NCBI GenBank assembly: GCA_002104905.1
Contig: MCFE01000518.1
Coordinates: 1 to 63,171, forward strand
Length of the DNA stretch: 63,171 nucleotides
Reading direction: 5' to 3'
From: Basidiobolus meristosporus CBS 931.73
Lineage: Eukaryota; Fungi; Basidiobolomycota
A model generated the notes under the pieces. It had not been told where the DNA came from. It ran no database searches and saw only the letters and a list, made by a program, of their open reading frames with translations. A program made the translations under genes and the position numbers. Of the stretch, positions 49,943 to 61,906 are shown one piece after another. Numbering within the stretch: position 1 is the stretch's first letter; each line of letters starts with the position of its first letter.

Positions 49943-52900
49943 ACGTATCTGCTTATCGGATACTTTTCCATACCCAAGTTAATAAAGGGGTTGATCTAGA
50001 TGAATCACCATATTTGGTTTGGCATAAACTCATTTCCGGCAAAATGCTGATTTGACCATTTCGGAATGATCATGGGGAGTTTCCTTTTAGTATTTGGGAT
50101 TACCTTCTGGTTGCGCAAGGTCATAGACGTGGTTCATTCCGAGATTATTTAAAATTCCTGAGGGAATGATGATTGAGTTGCGTTGTTTCCCTCATGACTT
50201 GACGTTTCACATCACCAAATCTTCCAATCCAATGACACATTATGTGTAAATAGATTCTAATATCACAAAGCCAGATGTAATATAAAGCGTAATGAGCGAC
50301 TGGCCTGTCGATGGCTTATTTTTTGAAGCCAACATCGTCAGTCGGCATCCGGGGTCAATATTTTAACACAAGATATTTCCACCGACTAGGGGGTTGATCT
50401 TGTCTAATCCGCACTTAAGGTGAATCTGACCAAAAGAGCCTTTTATAGTTAAAATAACAAGTTTGGTTATATCTAATCGAAGTCACGTTTAGGCCACAAG
50501 ATGCATTAGCAAGTAAATTTATAATCTGATGACGGACGTTAACATATTCAGGAGTGGGCTATAGCACAAAAAGTCAGCCACAAGCCGGATATCTGAGCAC
50601 TTGAGTAGTAGGTATATTAAAGCTTCAAGTAAGTACTTATTGAGTTGTATAGCGTGATTGATGATTGCCGCAGCATCAAAAGGTACAACGCAGCAGAACG
50701 GTATAACTACGGAGTAATTACATGTCGCATGGAGGCTTGAAAGTTTTAGCCCAGAATCGACTTCCATGGGTCTCAAACAGAATATCCATCATTTCGTATG
50801 CATTGACTTAGGATCGGCCTAATTTTTGCATCATTCAAACAAACCAGACTCGAAAAAACTGGGCCTTAATATGAACCAAGTCATACTTCGTTGTCTAATC
50901 AATGTGTTATAGCGATTGAGGAAGCATGATTAACTCGAATCAAGATCTGTAGGTATTTCTAATCTGTGTCCTGGGTAACACATCTCATCTAACCAATTTG
51001 GGTTTCTATGGTGGCGCACAAAACAGCTTATTACATTACCAAATAGTCTCAAATGAGATTGGCATAAAAACCAAAGGGGGTTTGCTTAGAAAGAAGGCGT
51101 CCTCATCTTCAGCAGGTGCAGTTAATAAGTGGCTTGCTCCAATTTGATCACAAAATCTCGATGACTGAAGATAGGCGGAGATTACTAACGAGTTCGTAGT
51201 AAAGATATGTACGCCAAGTGCAAAATTGCTTCTGTTGATGCTTCAAAACAAAAGTTAGCGAGTGTCCAATAATTGGTTCGCAACCACGCAACACGAGCGA
51301 CTTGCCGGTCTATTTATTGCATTTGAGTATTATCAATCCGAGCGCTATGAAAATTCAAAATTCATATGGCAATGTACCAAAGTGGATTCGGTCACAACTT
51401 TATCAAGTAAACTAACCATGATTTCGACTTACCTCAAGTATTGCAGCGGTATGTCGCGGCGAATGGGGTGGGATAACTGAAAGAGAAATCTGGCATAATT
51501 CATTGAAGCCACATACACTGTGAATTATTCATTTAACTGTGGACCAATCTTTCGAAGCCTATCAACCGACAACAAATCGTGGTAACGGATCCATAGAAAT
51601 ATATATCTAACAGATATAAAGCCATGATGATTATGCCCAATTGATAGTATATCCACAGATAAAACCAAGCTCAGAGCAAGAAAAAATACTTCTGAATACC
51701 AGACAATAATGGTGATTCTCTAATTCCGTATTATGCTTTTCCAGAAGCAATCGGAGCATTAATGCGAGATTAACTATATGTGGCCTACGTTTACTGAGAT
51801 ATATACAAGTATGGGAATATTTCGATCAATTTAACTGGTTGATTCAAATGTTGCGCCGATGCCCATGGTTGTGAATTCACCTCGCAATGTTTCTTCCTCT
51901 GATGATACGATATAGTGTCCATCCTCGAGCTGATCAATAATGTTAGTACCGCTGGACTTTCATACTATCGTGGCGCTAAATAAGCGCTTATCCTTCGTCG
52001 CTACATTAAAACCGGTTGTTCTGCATTAGCTATTAGTTGCTCCAGCAATTATCTACTACCTTTGCTACTGATGGCGAAGCATGTGTTGTATCGTGATTTG
52101 GTGCACCGATGCTTGTTCTGGTACTCTATATGATGATTATTTTGGTAAGCAGCTTTCTCATGAGGTATCTTCTCCAGCCTGACGGATTCATTTCGATTTT
52201 AACTCAGGTTTACCAGCCAGCTGCTACGTTCAGGAAGATTGCCAGGATTAGTGATATTACATAGACCCTTAACTATTGTCAAATAGGGGCATGAGCACCT
52301 CGCTTCCCAGGTCACTGGATTTACCGAACTTGGTTAAATGAATTTGTGAAGGCCTGTGTGTTAGCCTATTAGTGAGAGATAGTTCTTAGTTTCAGAGTCA
52401 CCGGATTTTCCCGGATTAAGTTGGGTAATTTTTTGCAGTCCCTGCATACTTGCCTAATGCATAAAATCGACCCAGATACTGAAAGATGATCCGAGTGGAT
52501 GATCCATACTTGTTCATTCCAAGAGAGATACATGCTTAATAAAGGCTGATAAGGCCTTGAGTCAAATACACATCATTGGTCTATTAATGATATCGGTGCT
52601 TATCTTGAGTCAGATAGTAACATCAGTCTTTATCTTTCAGTAGTCATTCATACATATTGCGGTAATGTTAAAATGCTAACCGATGTAGTAGTGCTTGATA
52701 TTCGAAAGCGAAAAGTAAATTTATTCTGCTTGTGAGGTAGTAAAAGGTAGACCGTTATTTACGGAAAGGAACTTTGCTTATCGAGATAATGATTTTCTAA
52801 TCTTCAATGATTCTTAGAAAAGGCACATAACATGTAAGATAAGACAAAATCATCAAGCTGCCACTAGAATCCACTTCAATGTATCCTTTAAGCTTTGGTA

Positions 52901-53291
52901 GATGGAATTCTTATCGACAGTTCCAAATGGAGCTGCACGTACCCTTTGAAGTGGCTGCTAAGTCGAGACACCCATCAATATTCAGCTTAACGATGCTGAG
53001 CAGAAGAAGATGGATTACGCTGTTGCTGCCATGAAGGCCGCTCTTGTTGAGTGCGACTAAGCAACTGATCTTGTCAGCTGCATGTGATCTTGACGTTGAC
53101 AAGTTATTGATCTTAATCCTAGATTTATACATAGCTTACTTCATATTATCATTTCATATCATACTTTTGAATTAAAAGTAATATTTATACTACAATCTTG
53201 CTCCATAGCCAAATAACACTGGAATGTCAATCAAAGGAACAGAAATCTCACTAAATGTGATGAGAATACTAAGAATCGGAGGGATGACAAA

Positions 53292-53591
53292 GGGAAGGGA
53301 GAGTTACCATTATGGTGAAATCTTGATTTTTCCAAGTAGATACTCAATTATTGTATATAAAAATAATTAAGGCAGCCAAGAGTTCTGCAATCTCTTAAGT
53401 AAATAATCCAAGTTATGCTCGTCAATATGACAAATATTAATGCAAAACCTGGAATCACCTTCTCAAAGAAAGGGTTATGGCCTTTTAGGTAACTCTGCCA
53501 AGGTGCACAAAGGTCATTAAGGGCTAGATCTTTGGGCCCTTTGGCTTTCCACAACTTTGCAGCTATCTCAGTTACTGGACAAGAGTTGGCA
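53292..53591 (-). mobile_element. Telomeric array unit U1: degenerate 3' end of a lineage-B non-LTR element
   Basis: The translation VTEIAAKLWKAKGPKDLALNDLCAPWQSYLKGHNPF..IPG aligns with the U6 RT C-terminus VTELASKLQKAEKPRLLAQDHLRSMWQSYLQVHTPF..IPG. Degenerate end motif at 53303-53329. Confidence 0.75.
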
Positions 53592-53599
53592 AGGGCTAG

Positions 53600-53772
53600 G
53601 GGGGTGACAATCATCAACAGGTGAAATCTTTATTTCAGGTGAGACAGAAAAGCCAATGCTACTGTTGTATATTTGATATAAGATTGTGTAGCTGAGGGGA
53701 TTCAGATGGTGAGTTAATTGGAAGAAATGTTCCAACTTCAGTGCTCAAGATACTGTTCAGTGGCAAGGGGGG
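53600..53772 (-). mobile_element. Unit U2: 170-bp 3' end of a lineage-A element
   Basis: Homologous to 54577-54740; end motif at 53611-53635. Confidence 0.8.
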
Positions 53773-54230
53773 AGATGGTCACCAACAGGTGAAATCTTTA
53801 TTTTGGTTGAAACAAAGAATCCAGAGTGTGTTGCTGAGGGAAATAGACAGGTAAGCTAATAAGTAGAAATGAAAGCTTTTGGTGCCTGAGGAATTATTCA
53901 TTGGGAATGGGGGTAGCCAAATGGGTAAGAATGGCATATCAACAACATTAGTAAGGGGAACATGATATAAACTGAAACTCCCCATGAAGGTAGTGAGCTA
54001 CTTCAGATATTGCTGCCAAAGGTCTGTCAAGCACATCATATGGGCCAACTTGGAACCTCTGACTACATGATATAATTAGCACACTTCTTGACATCTGGAT
54101 CTCCAGGTAAGATTCTCCAGCAAGAGCCAGGGGTACTATGATGTGTGCTCTCCCAGGCCTTGATCAGTGAGTTGTTGCAGTGTTGTGCATCAATGTTTAA
54201 GACTTAGCCAATTTTACTCTGTGAGAAAAT
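53773..54230 (-). mobile_element. Unit U3: 460-bp 3' end of a lineage-A element
   Basis: Homologous to the U4 3' region (54577 to about 55050); end motif at 53778-53803. Confidence 0.8.
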
Positions 54231-54570
54231 CTAGTACCCTAACTGATTTTCCCTAATCCAAATATAACTAATCCCAGTTATGGTTTATTTTATCACATCT
54301 CAGAATCTACTTTTAGCCATCACACCTGATCATTCTCAAGTGATCATTACATCCTCAACTGTTCTACTAAGTCTTTGCAAGTGATTAGTCATCTGAGATA
54401 TAGCCACCACTTTGCAGTTGCTAAAACATCAGCTGAATGATGATGCAATTTTCATATATCTTATACACCTAGCAATACCCCATCTGATTTCAATTAGTCC
54501 AGTCTCTTGGGGCTTACTAATTTAACTTGATCAGAAACGGGTTAGGGTTAAGGGGGGGAGGGTTAGGGGG

Positions 54571-56144
54571 GAGACAGTCACCAACAGGTGAAATCTTTAT
54601 TTCAGTTGAAACAAAGAAGCCAGCGCTACTGTTGTAGCTTTGACACAAGAGTGTGTAGCTGAGGGGAATTTGTAGGTAAGTTAATAAGAAGTGATGATAG
54701 TTCTTCAGTGCTCAAGACACTGTTCAGTGGGAAGGGGGGTAGCAAGAGAGGTAAGAATGACTTGTGAACAACATTAATGAGGGGAATGTGATAAGGATTG
54801 ATATTCATCATAAAGGGAGTGTGCTGCTGCAGATATTGCTGCCAAAGGTCTGTCAAGTACTTCAGGTAGGCCAGCTTGGGTTTTTCTGACTGCAGAATAT
54901 ATTGAGCAAACTTCTTGACTTCAGGATCTCCAAGTATAGTTCTCCAGCAGGAGCCAGGTGTAGTGTGGTGTGTTCTCTTCCAAGCCTTAATCAGTGGGTT
55001 GCTGCAGTTGTGAAGTCTGAGGTATAATCTGGTTCTAAGGTAGAGAAGTCTGATCTTATAGGGCATAAACCCAAAAGCACCAAGAATAGCATGTCTGTAG
55101 GGGCATTCAGGCAGATGAGGCACCAAGGAGGTAATGCACCATACTGCAAACTTGTCAAGCTTAGTGCAGTCTCTAGAAGTAAGAGAGAGAAGTGGTAAGC
55201 CAAATTCCAGGACAGGGAAGACAAACTGCTTGAGTAGAAGGAGGCAGCTGGGAGCTGAAGTTGTAGGAGGAGTAACAGCCAGTAGCTTGTGGAGTGCCTG
55301 TCTTGCCAGGATAATTCTCTTCTTCAGGTGTGCTCCAGAGTCTAGTCCAGTAGGAAGGAAAGGAAAGCCAAGATATGTAGCAGAAACCTGAGCAGGTAGA
55401 GTGGAGTTCTCCAAGTTGATGGGAGAGCCCAAAGGTACTGTCTTTGCAATGGAAAGCTGGAGATTATTCTTCTGCAGATACTGGTGGATGGTCTGGGAGT
55501 CTTGTTGCACATTGGAGGAGGATATTCTGATGTCATCAGCAAAGAGAGTAACCAGGCAGTCAGCTGAGAGTCTTGGGAAATCATTCAGGAAGATGGCAAA
55601 CAGTATAGGACCAAGCACAGAGCCTTGAACCACTCCATTAGGAACTGAGAACACAGCTGATTGCTCACTTGGGTGCAGAATTCTTGCTTGTGGATCCAGA
55701 AACAGAGACCTGACAAGGAGGGTGAGAGAGGTACTGGAGAATCATTGCAACTTGGACCAAAGCAGATTTCTGTCAACTGAATCAAAGGCCTTAGTAATAT
55801 CAAACAGAACAGAGGGATACTTGCACTGGAGAGAGTGATCTTGGCTAAGTATGACTGCATATTTCAAGGAGAGGCCAGGAACAAAGCCAAACTGTGCAGG
55901 ATGAAACTTGAGGGAGTCAGAGTAGAGCTCCTGAGCAAGCAGAAGCTCAAACACCTTTCTGCAGGTGGGCAGCAGAGATATTGGCCTGTAGGAGCTAGGA
56001 TCCAGGTGCTTTCCTTTACCCTTGTACAGTGGCAGAACATTTGCAAAGGACCATTCCTCAGGAGTAGAAAGCTGGGCTGAGCATTGCTGAAACAGTGGAA
56101 GCAGAAGTGCAGACATGGCCTTGGTACTAGTCTTCAGAAGCTCA
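54571..56144 (-). mobile_element. Unit U4: 5'-truncated non-LTR (LINE-type) RT element, lineage A
   Basis: Motifs SYRPISLL, QFGF, FDITKAFDSVD, GVVQGSVLGPILF and FADD. ORFs 55742-56116 and 54626-55654 are in the same frame, split by one TGA. End motif at 54577-54602. Confidence 0.92.
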
Positions 56145-56243
56145 TAGGGTTAGGGGGGATGATAATCACCACAGGGTGAAATCTTTATTTAATCATAAAT
56201 ATAGAAGCCAAGTTCAAATATGAATATTTGAGATGCAGTAAGC

Positions 56244-57044
56244 CTACAAGATAAACTTGGACTTTGCTGTATCCCAAATATCCTCAATATCAAAGTCTAG
56301 AGGAGAATGTAGCAAAACTGCTTGTTCACTGTAGTATTTCTTGAGGAAGTTTGTGACTTGAAGGGAAGGAGAGTTTTTCAACAAGCTGGTAAACCTTTTG
56401 AGGAGTTCTTTTTCCAGAGAGAATGGTACAAAGAGTGGAATGTCTAAATGATATCTGAATATATGCTCTGAGGGCTCCCAATCCAGCATATTTTTGACTT
56501 CCTCTGTAAAATCTTCAACAATATCTTTGTCAAGAATAACTTCCAAGAGATCCCTGGCAATGTACTGAATGTTAATAATCTTAGGCATATGAATACCTAG
56601 GTCCTTGAGGTAGTTTCTTTGTTCTGAAATTGGGAGATAGCCAGCATCTCTGAAATAGCAAACAGCCCAGTTGGCAGTGGGAGGAGTATCAGGGCTGACA
56701 GGGAATCTTCTTCTGGCTTTAGGGAGCACTGGCTTAGTTGACTGTCTTGTTGGAAGGGCAGCTGGCTTTGGATGATCTTGAAGTGCTTGGGAGTATGTCT
56801 GAGTATGAATGGCAGGAGTAGCTGGTTGCTGACAGTGTTCAGATTGACTGGAGGAAGTGCTGGTTGAGGGGTTGCAAGGTAAGGAAGAAGCTGAAAGAGA
56901 AGTAGAGAGTGCAGGGTGAAGTTCAGAGAGAGTTTTGAAAAGAACCTGGATCTGAGATTTCAACATAGAGTTTTCAGCTTCAAGAAGTGAAACTCTTTGT
57001 TCAAGGTAGGAAGTCTGTAAAGAGTGAAAGTTGGGTAAAGACAT
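56244..57044 (-). CDS. Unit U5 (about 56159-57044): ORF1-like protein only (coiled coil, low-complexity linker, conserved W..YF..IS..R..L..KI.N..LE..D domain)
   Basis: Intact ORF from the ATG at 57044. Homologous to U8 and to the ORF1 of U6. Has its own end motif at 56165-56190 and no RT sequence. Confidence 0.8.
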   Translation of the reverse strand: MSLPNFHSLQTSYLEQRVSLLEAENSMLKSQIQVLFKTLSELHPALSTSLSASSLPCNPSTSTSSSQSEHCQQPATPAIHTQTYSQALQDHPKPAALPTRQSTKPVLPKARRRFPVSPDTPPTANWAVCYFRDAGYLPISEQRNYLKDLGIHMPKIINIQYIARDLLEVILDKDIVEDFTEEVKNMLDWEPSEHIFRYHLDIPLFVPFSLEKELLKRFTSLLKNSPSLQVTNFLKKYYSEQAVLLHSPLDFDIEDIWDTAKSKFIL

Positions 57045-57050
57045 TAGGGG

Positions 57051-60000
57051 AGTGAAAGTCACCAAGTTGGTGAAATCTTTATTTCAGTTAAGAACTAATC
57101 TAAGTACAAATAAAGAAGCCAATTAAGAGGTCTAGAACCTCTCTAATAAGTAATCTAATTTATGTTTTGTTTCATCTCTAATGTTTGTTTCAATAAAGTA
57201 AAGCTCATCAGGGGTAAATATAAAATTTAGGGGTTTTGGGGGAAGTACAAATTGTAGATGTTTCTGATCAATATAATCCAAGACTGGAACCCAGCCTGGG
57301 ATTAGGTGTAGTAGGAAAGGTGTGTGGACTTGTAAGTAGCTCTGCCACATAGATCTTAGATGGTCCTGAGCTAGTAGTCTTGGTTTCTCAGCTTTTTGAA
57401 GTTTTGAAGCAAGCTCTGTTACTACAGCAGTGCCAACCAGGGTGTGCCAGCAAGAAGATTTCAGGGAGGAGTTAGATTGAAGCCATTGTTTGATGGAGGG
57501 GTTATGTGATTTCTGAAGTTTGACTAGGAAGGAAGCCCGGAGATAGATCATTTGGATTTGGTATGGGTAGAACCCAAAGGCTCCATTAGTTGCATGAACA
57601 TAGGGAGATACTGGAAGATAAGGTACCAAGGATCTGATACACTGATGGAGAAATTTATCCAGGTGGTGAAGCTCTCTGGAGGTTAGGGGTATAATGTGGA
57701 GACCAAATTCAAGTACCGGCAGTACATACTGCTTCAGAAGTATAGGGATCTTTTGAATTGGAGTGTCTGGAGTGACTACTACCAGAAGCTTTTTGAGAGC
57801 CTGTTGGGCAAGACGGATCCTATTATTCAGGTGGAGCTTTGAGTCAATCCCATGTTGACAAAATGGCAGACCTAGGTATATTGCAGTTTGTTGTGGCAGA
57901 ATGCTAGTGTTCTGTATAGTTGTAGTGCATCCAATTGGGACTGTCTTGGAAATTGAGAGTGAGAGGTTGTTGGCAGCCAAGTACTTCTCAATGATGGCAG
58001 TGTCTGCTATGGGATTAGGAGTAGCAATCTTGATATCATCCGCATAGAGAGTTAGTAGTGGATAGGGAGAGTCTGGTGAGGGGCCTTTTGGAAATAAAGG
58101 AAAGTCATGTAGGAATATCACAAATAGTAAGGGACCTAGAACAGATCCTTGGACTACTCCATTTGGAACCTCATAAGTCTCTGATGTGCAACTTGGATGC
58201 AAAATTTTGGCTGAGTTCTCACAAAATAGAGAACGTACAAGAAGGGTCATTGGTAGTGTGGTAACTGCTAATAGCTTTCTCCAAAGCAGAGCTCTGTCCA
58301 CAGAGTCAAAGGCTTTAGTAATGTCAAACAGAATGGTTGGCAATGAGAATTGCAGTGAATGATCATGACTTAGCACTACAGCCATATCCAAGGAGAGTTT
58401 GGGCAAGAAGCCAAACTGAGAAGGATGGAATGGATATAGTTGAGATTGCAAGGATCTTGCTATTATAAGCTCAAAGATTTTCCGGCAGGTTGGTAGGAGT
58501 GAAACTGGCCGGTAAGAACCTGGGAGTGAGTGTTTCCCCTTCCCTTTGTATAAGGGTATTACATTTGCCTGTGACCAGGCCTTTGGGGTAGTCAATTGTT
58601 GGGCACAGATAGAGTAGAATGGGAGAAGTAAGTGACTCATTTTGGAGTAGCACACCCGGAGTAGATTGTAGGTAATCAAGTCATGTCCAGGTGCAGTATT
58701 TGCAGGAAGCTTCTTTAAAATTTTCTCCAGAAGCTTTGCTGTAACCACAATTGGAGATGTTGGCTGCTGGATATGTTACCAGTATGGTAGAAAGGAGGAG
58801 TGGGATGCACGGTTGAATCAAAGAATATAGGGGCTAGTTTGTCTGGTGATGGTATACTCCTTGCTTGGGGTCTCATGGCTTTGTATACTCTTGATATGGA
58901 CCTTGTGGTGGCATTCATATTTACTAAGGGCAAGGTATCCATGATATGAGCCCATAATCTATATGCTCAGTGATCTGTAGTGACTTGGAGTAGGAGATTG
59001 CGCTTTCCAGGAGGTTCTGTGTTTTTGGGTTAGGGAAATCATAGGTAGCTGGAATTTAAGGCAGAAATGATGGATTTCCATTTAAGTTGGTTTGCAGATG
59101 GCTTTTGGTAGGACTTGGTGGGCAGGGCCAGACAGCCAGTGATTATGATGAAATGCTGGTAAAATAGCCATAATGCATTTATATCATCACAAATCCATGC
59201 AGGTGAGCTGGGAAATGCATATTCTGTAAGCAAGGATAGGTAGTTGGCAAAGTCCTGTGTCTGTGACACTGAAGCTTTGGCTGGCAGGATTGTAAATGGC
59301 TGAAGAAGGGTGCCAATTGGTAGGGTTTTTCTGGACAGAAATGATAATATGTATTGGCTTGTGATCAGATTTCTCTAGTGAACCACAGCTGATATCCTCT
59401 GGAATGCTTGTAACCTGGTGGATGTACTGTAAGGCAGCTGGAGTAGCTGTTACCCAGTCAACACAACGTTGAGCTTGCTGAGTGTTTACAGTGACCAGAT
59501 GATTTTGTCGGAGGAACTTTGTAAAGTGCTCCTCTTGGGTTCTAAGTCTGGATGAAATAGTGGTGATATTTTCAGGGTGGGGGATATTTATATCTCCCAC
59601 TACCATACAAGGGATTGATGAGCTATTGATGAATTCTGATGTGGCCAAGAAAATTGCCAGTGTTATGGAGTTAGACAGAGATGGAGGGAGATAGATAATA
59701 ATGGCTACTATAGTTGGAAGTGTTAGAGCATAGCAGTAATACTCATAGATGATGGATACATTTGCTGAGGGTGCAAGCTTAGAAGATGAAAGAGCAACAA
59801 GTGCCATTGAGTGAGCTGGAAATTTTGGGTGAGCAGATGAATATGCATTCAGTCTAGAGGGAAGTTTTGGCAACTTAACATCAATTAGTAGGAGCAAGGA
59901 ATATTCCTTTTTCAGTAAGTTTTCTAATTCAGCTACAGTTGGAGTGATGGAGTTGCAATTGAGTAAGAGTATGTTCTGTAGTCAGGCAGACTCTGAGGTT

Positions 60001-61466
60001 GCCTGTTCCTGCTGAAACTCTTGCACTGCCCTTTGTAAATTTCCAGAATTATTCCACAACTCTTCAAATGGAGCTTGTGTAATGTCTTTCAGGATTCTAA
60101 TTGCTTCCTCTTTCAAGAAGTAGGCCACATCATAGGTTGGAGCCTGTTTCTTAATGGCAGCAAAGAAAGCCATAATTGCCATGTGAGCTGGGGCTTGTTG
60201 AATATTCCTGGCTCAGTGTCCATTGACTCTGGTGGAATGATTGTGAATTTGGTAGGCACCCAGTTTAGATTTTTTGCCAGATACTTAGTCAATGCAGTGG
60301 AGAAGTTTCTGTCTACAATCATTTCTAGGATCTTTCCTCTTCTCCAAGCTAGGTTAACAATTTTTGAAGTGTCAATATTTAGAGAGCGGAATGTATATCT
60401 GATGTTTGATATAGTAGTCCATGGAACATTGGCAAAGTATAGCAAGGACCAATTCTGGAGCTGAGGTAAGTTTGCTGGAGGCTTATAGGTAGACTTCCTG
60501 GCAGGTTGTGTGGTAGGCTTTAGTGTTTCCAAGGTAGCAAGTTGTGGTTGAGACTTTTTGGAATTACGTATGACTTTGGAAAGAATTCTGCCAGCAACTG
60601 TGTCAGGAATGTTAGTACTCATTGATGGTGCAGGGCCTGGCTCCTGGTACTGCTTTTGTAGAATACTTGAGTATGTCTCTTTTTGTTTTCCTTTATCCAA
60701 TGTGCTATGCCTTGGAATAGGGATTTTGGGGAATAGAGACTTCAGGTATCAACTCTGGGGTCTGGTGATTGTCCAACATTGTTGCTTGAGCTTCCAGCTT
60801 TTCCTCTAAGATTTGAACTCTCTGCTTAAGCTCATCATTTGACGCTATAAGTGTTGCATTGTTTGGAGCCAGGTCAGGTGTTGAGTTATGAAGGCAGGTT
60901 GAGCAGCATTCTAACTCCTTTGTTTGGTCATCCAACTTATCTTCTAAGGTTTGAACCCTCAATTTGAGTGCACCATTTGAGGTTAGAAGCTCCAAGTTAT
61001 CAGCCTGCAACTTCTTTAGATCCCTGAATATCTCAAATATCTGTGCCTGCAAGTCTTTAGCAGTGATATGTTCTGATGGGTACTATTTCCTCTAGGAGTT
61101 CTTCTTGAGCCAGGTGAGTATTGGGACTTGAGCACTCTACTGAAGGAGTTGCTGGAATTTCCTCAATGTCTGACAAAACTCCTTCACTTGCAGCATCAGT
61201 TGTATGATTATCCTGAGTAGCAGCAACAACCTCAAGTTCACAAGGACCAGTTGAAGTAAAACATCTCTTGGGTGGGACTATCTCAAGAGGCTTGGGTGGG
61301 ACTTTTGCTTTGAATGGTGAGGTACTAGTATCAGGAATTGGGACTGGGACAGAAGCTATGGTGTCTATTTCAGCAGCAGTTGCTGTAGAGCTACTGGGGC
61401 TCTGACTGGCCAGTTTTTTGGTCTTTGCCTTCACTCCTGCTACCAATTGGTCAAGACCACAAATCT
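57051..61466 (-). mobile_element. Unit U6: near-full-length non-LTR retrotransposon, lineage B (ORF1 + APE-RT ORF2), slightly 5'-truncated and frameshifted
   Basis: ORF1 pieces 61057-61446, 60705-61052, 60113-60700 and 59982-60182. APE motifs LNCNS, YLPP, GDIN, VDW and SDH at 59187-59981. RT 57132-58748 (SYRPVSLL, QFGF, KAFDSVD, GVVQGSVLGPLLF, YADD). End motif at 57058-57084. Confidence 0.93.
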
Positions 61467-61472
61467 TTAGGG

Positions 61473-61766
61473 AGGAAAGTCACCAAGTGGTGAAATCTTA
61501 TTTACTTATGACAAGTATCTAAAGAAGCCAAGTTAATCTGAAGTTATCTAGAAAGCTAGGTCTGAGAGATATCTTCCTGGTAAGCCAGTCTGAGAGTTGA
61601 GAAGCTGAGTGTACTATATTTCCTAGTTAGCTAGTCTGAGAGAGTTTCCTGAAAGCCAGCTGAGAAGTGAGAATCCAAATATATCTGAGCTAAGTTATAC
61701 TGTTTGCGTAGCTGAATTGTGCCGGAATGCAGTAGACTGGGGAACTGAGATGAATTTCTGGCAATC
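61473..61766 (-). mobile_element. Unit U7: short apparently non-coding unit, nearly identical to U9
   Basis: End motif at 61479-61503; internal AGCYAG(G)TCTGAGAG sub-repeats; no ORF of 60 aa or more in the ORF track. Confidence 0.75.
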
Positions 61767-61906
61767 TTAGGTTAGGGTTAGGGGAGGGAAAGTCACCAAA
61801 GTAGGTGAAATCTTTATTTGATTTCAGACAAGTCTAACTACAAATAAAGAAGCCAGCTGGGAATAGAAGATTCCCAAAGTAAATACTAAGTTGAATATGA
61901 ATAAAT

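Noticed and set aside
52960-53060. Peptide resembling a lactate/malate dehydrogenase C-terminus (IQLNDAEQKKMDYAVAAMKAAL)
   Set aside because: The resemblance is short and generic (amphipathic helix), and no upstream Rossmann motif was found.
59027-59035. Internal GGGTTAGGG as an additional array junction
   Set aside because: It lies within U6 ORF2 sequence with no adjacent end motif, so it is probably chance.
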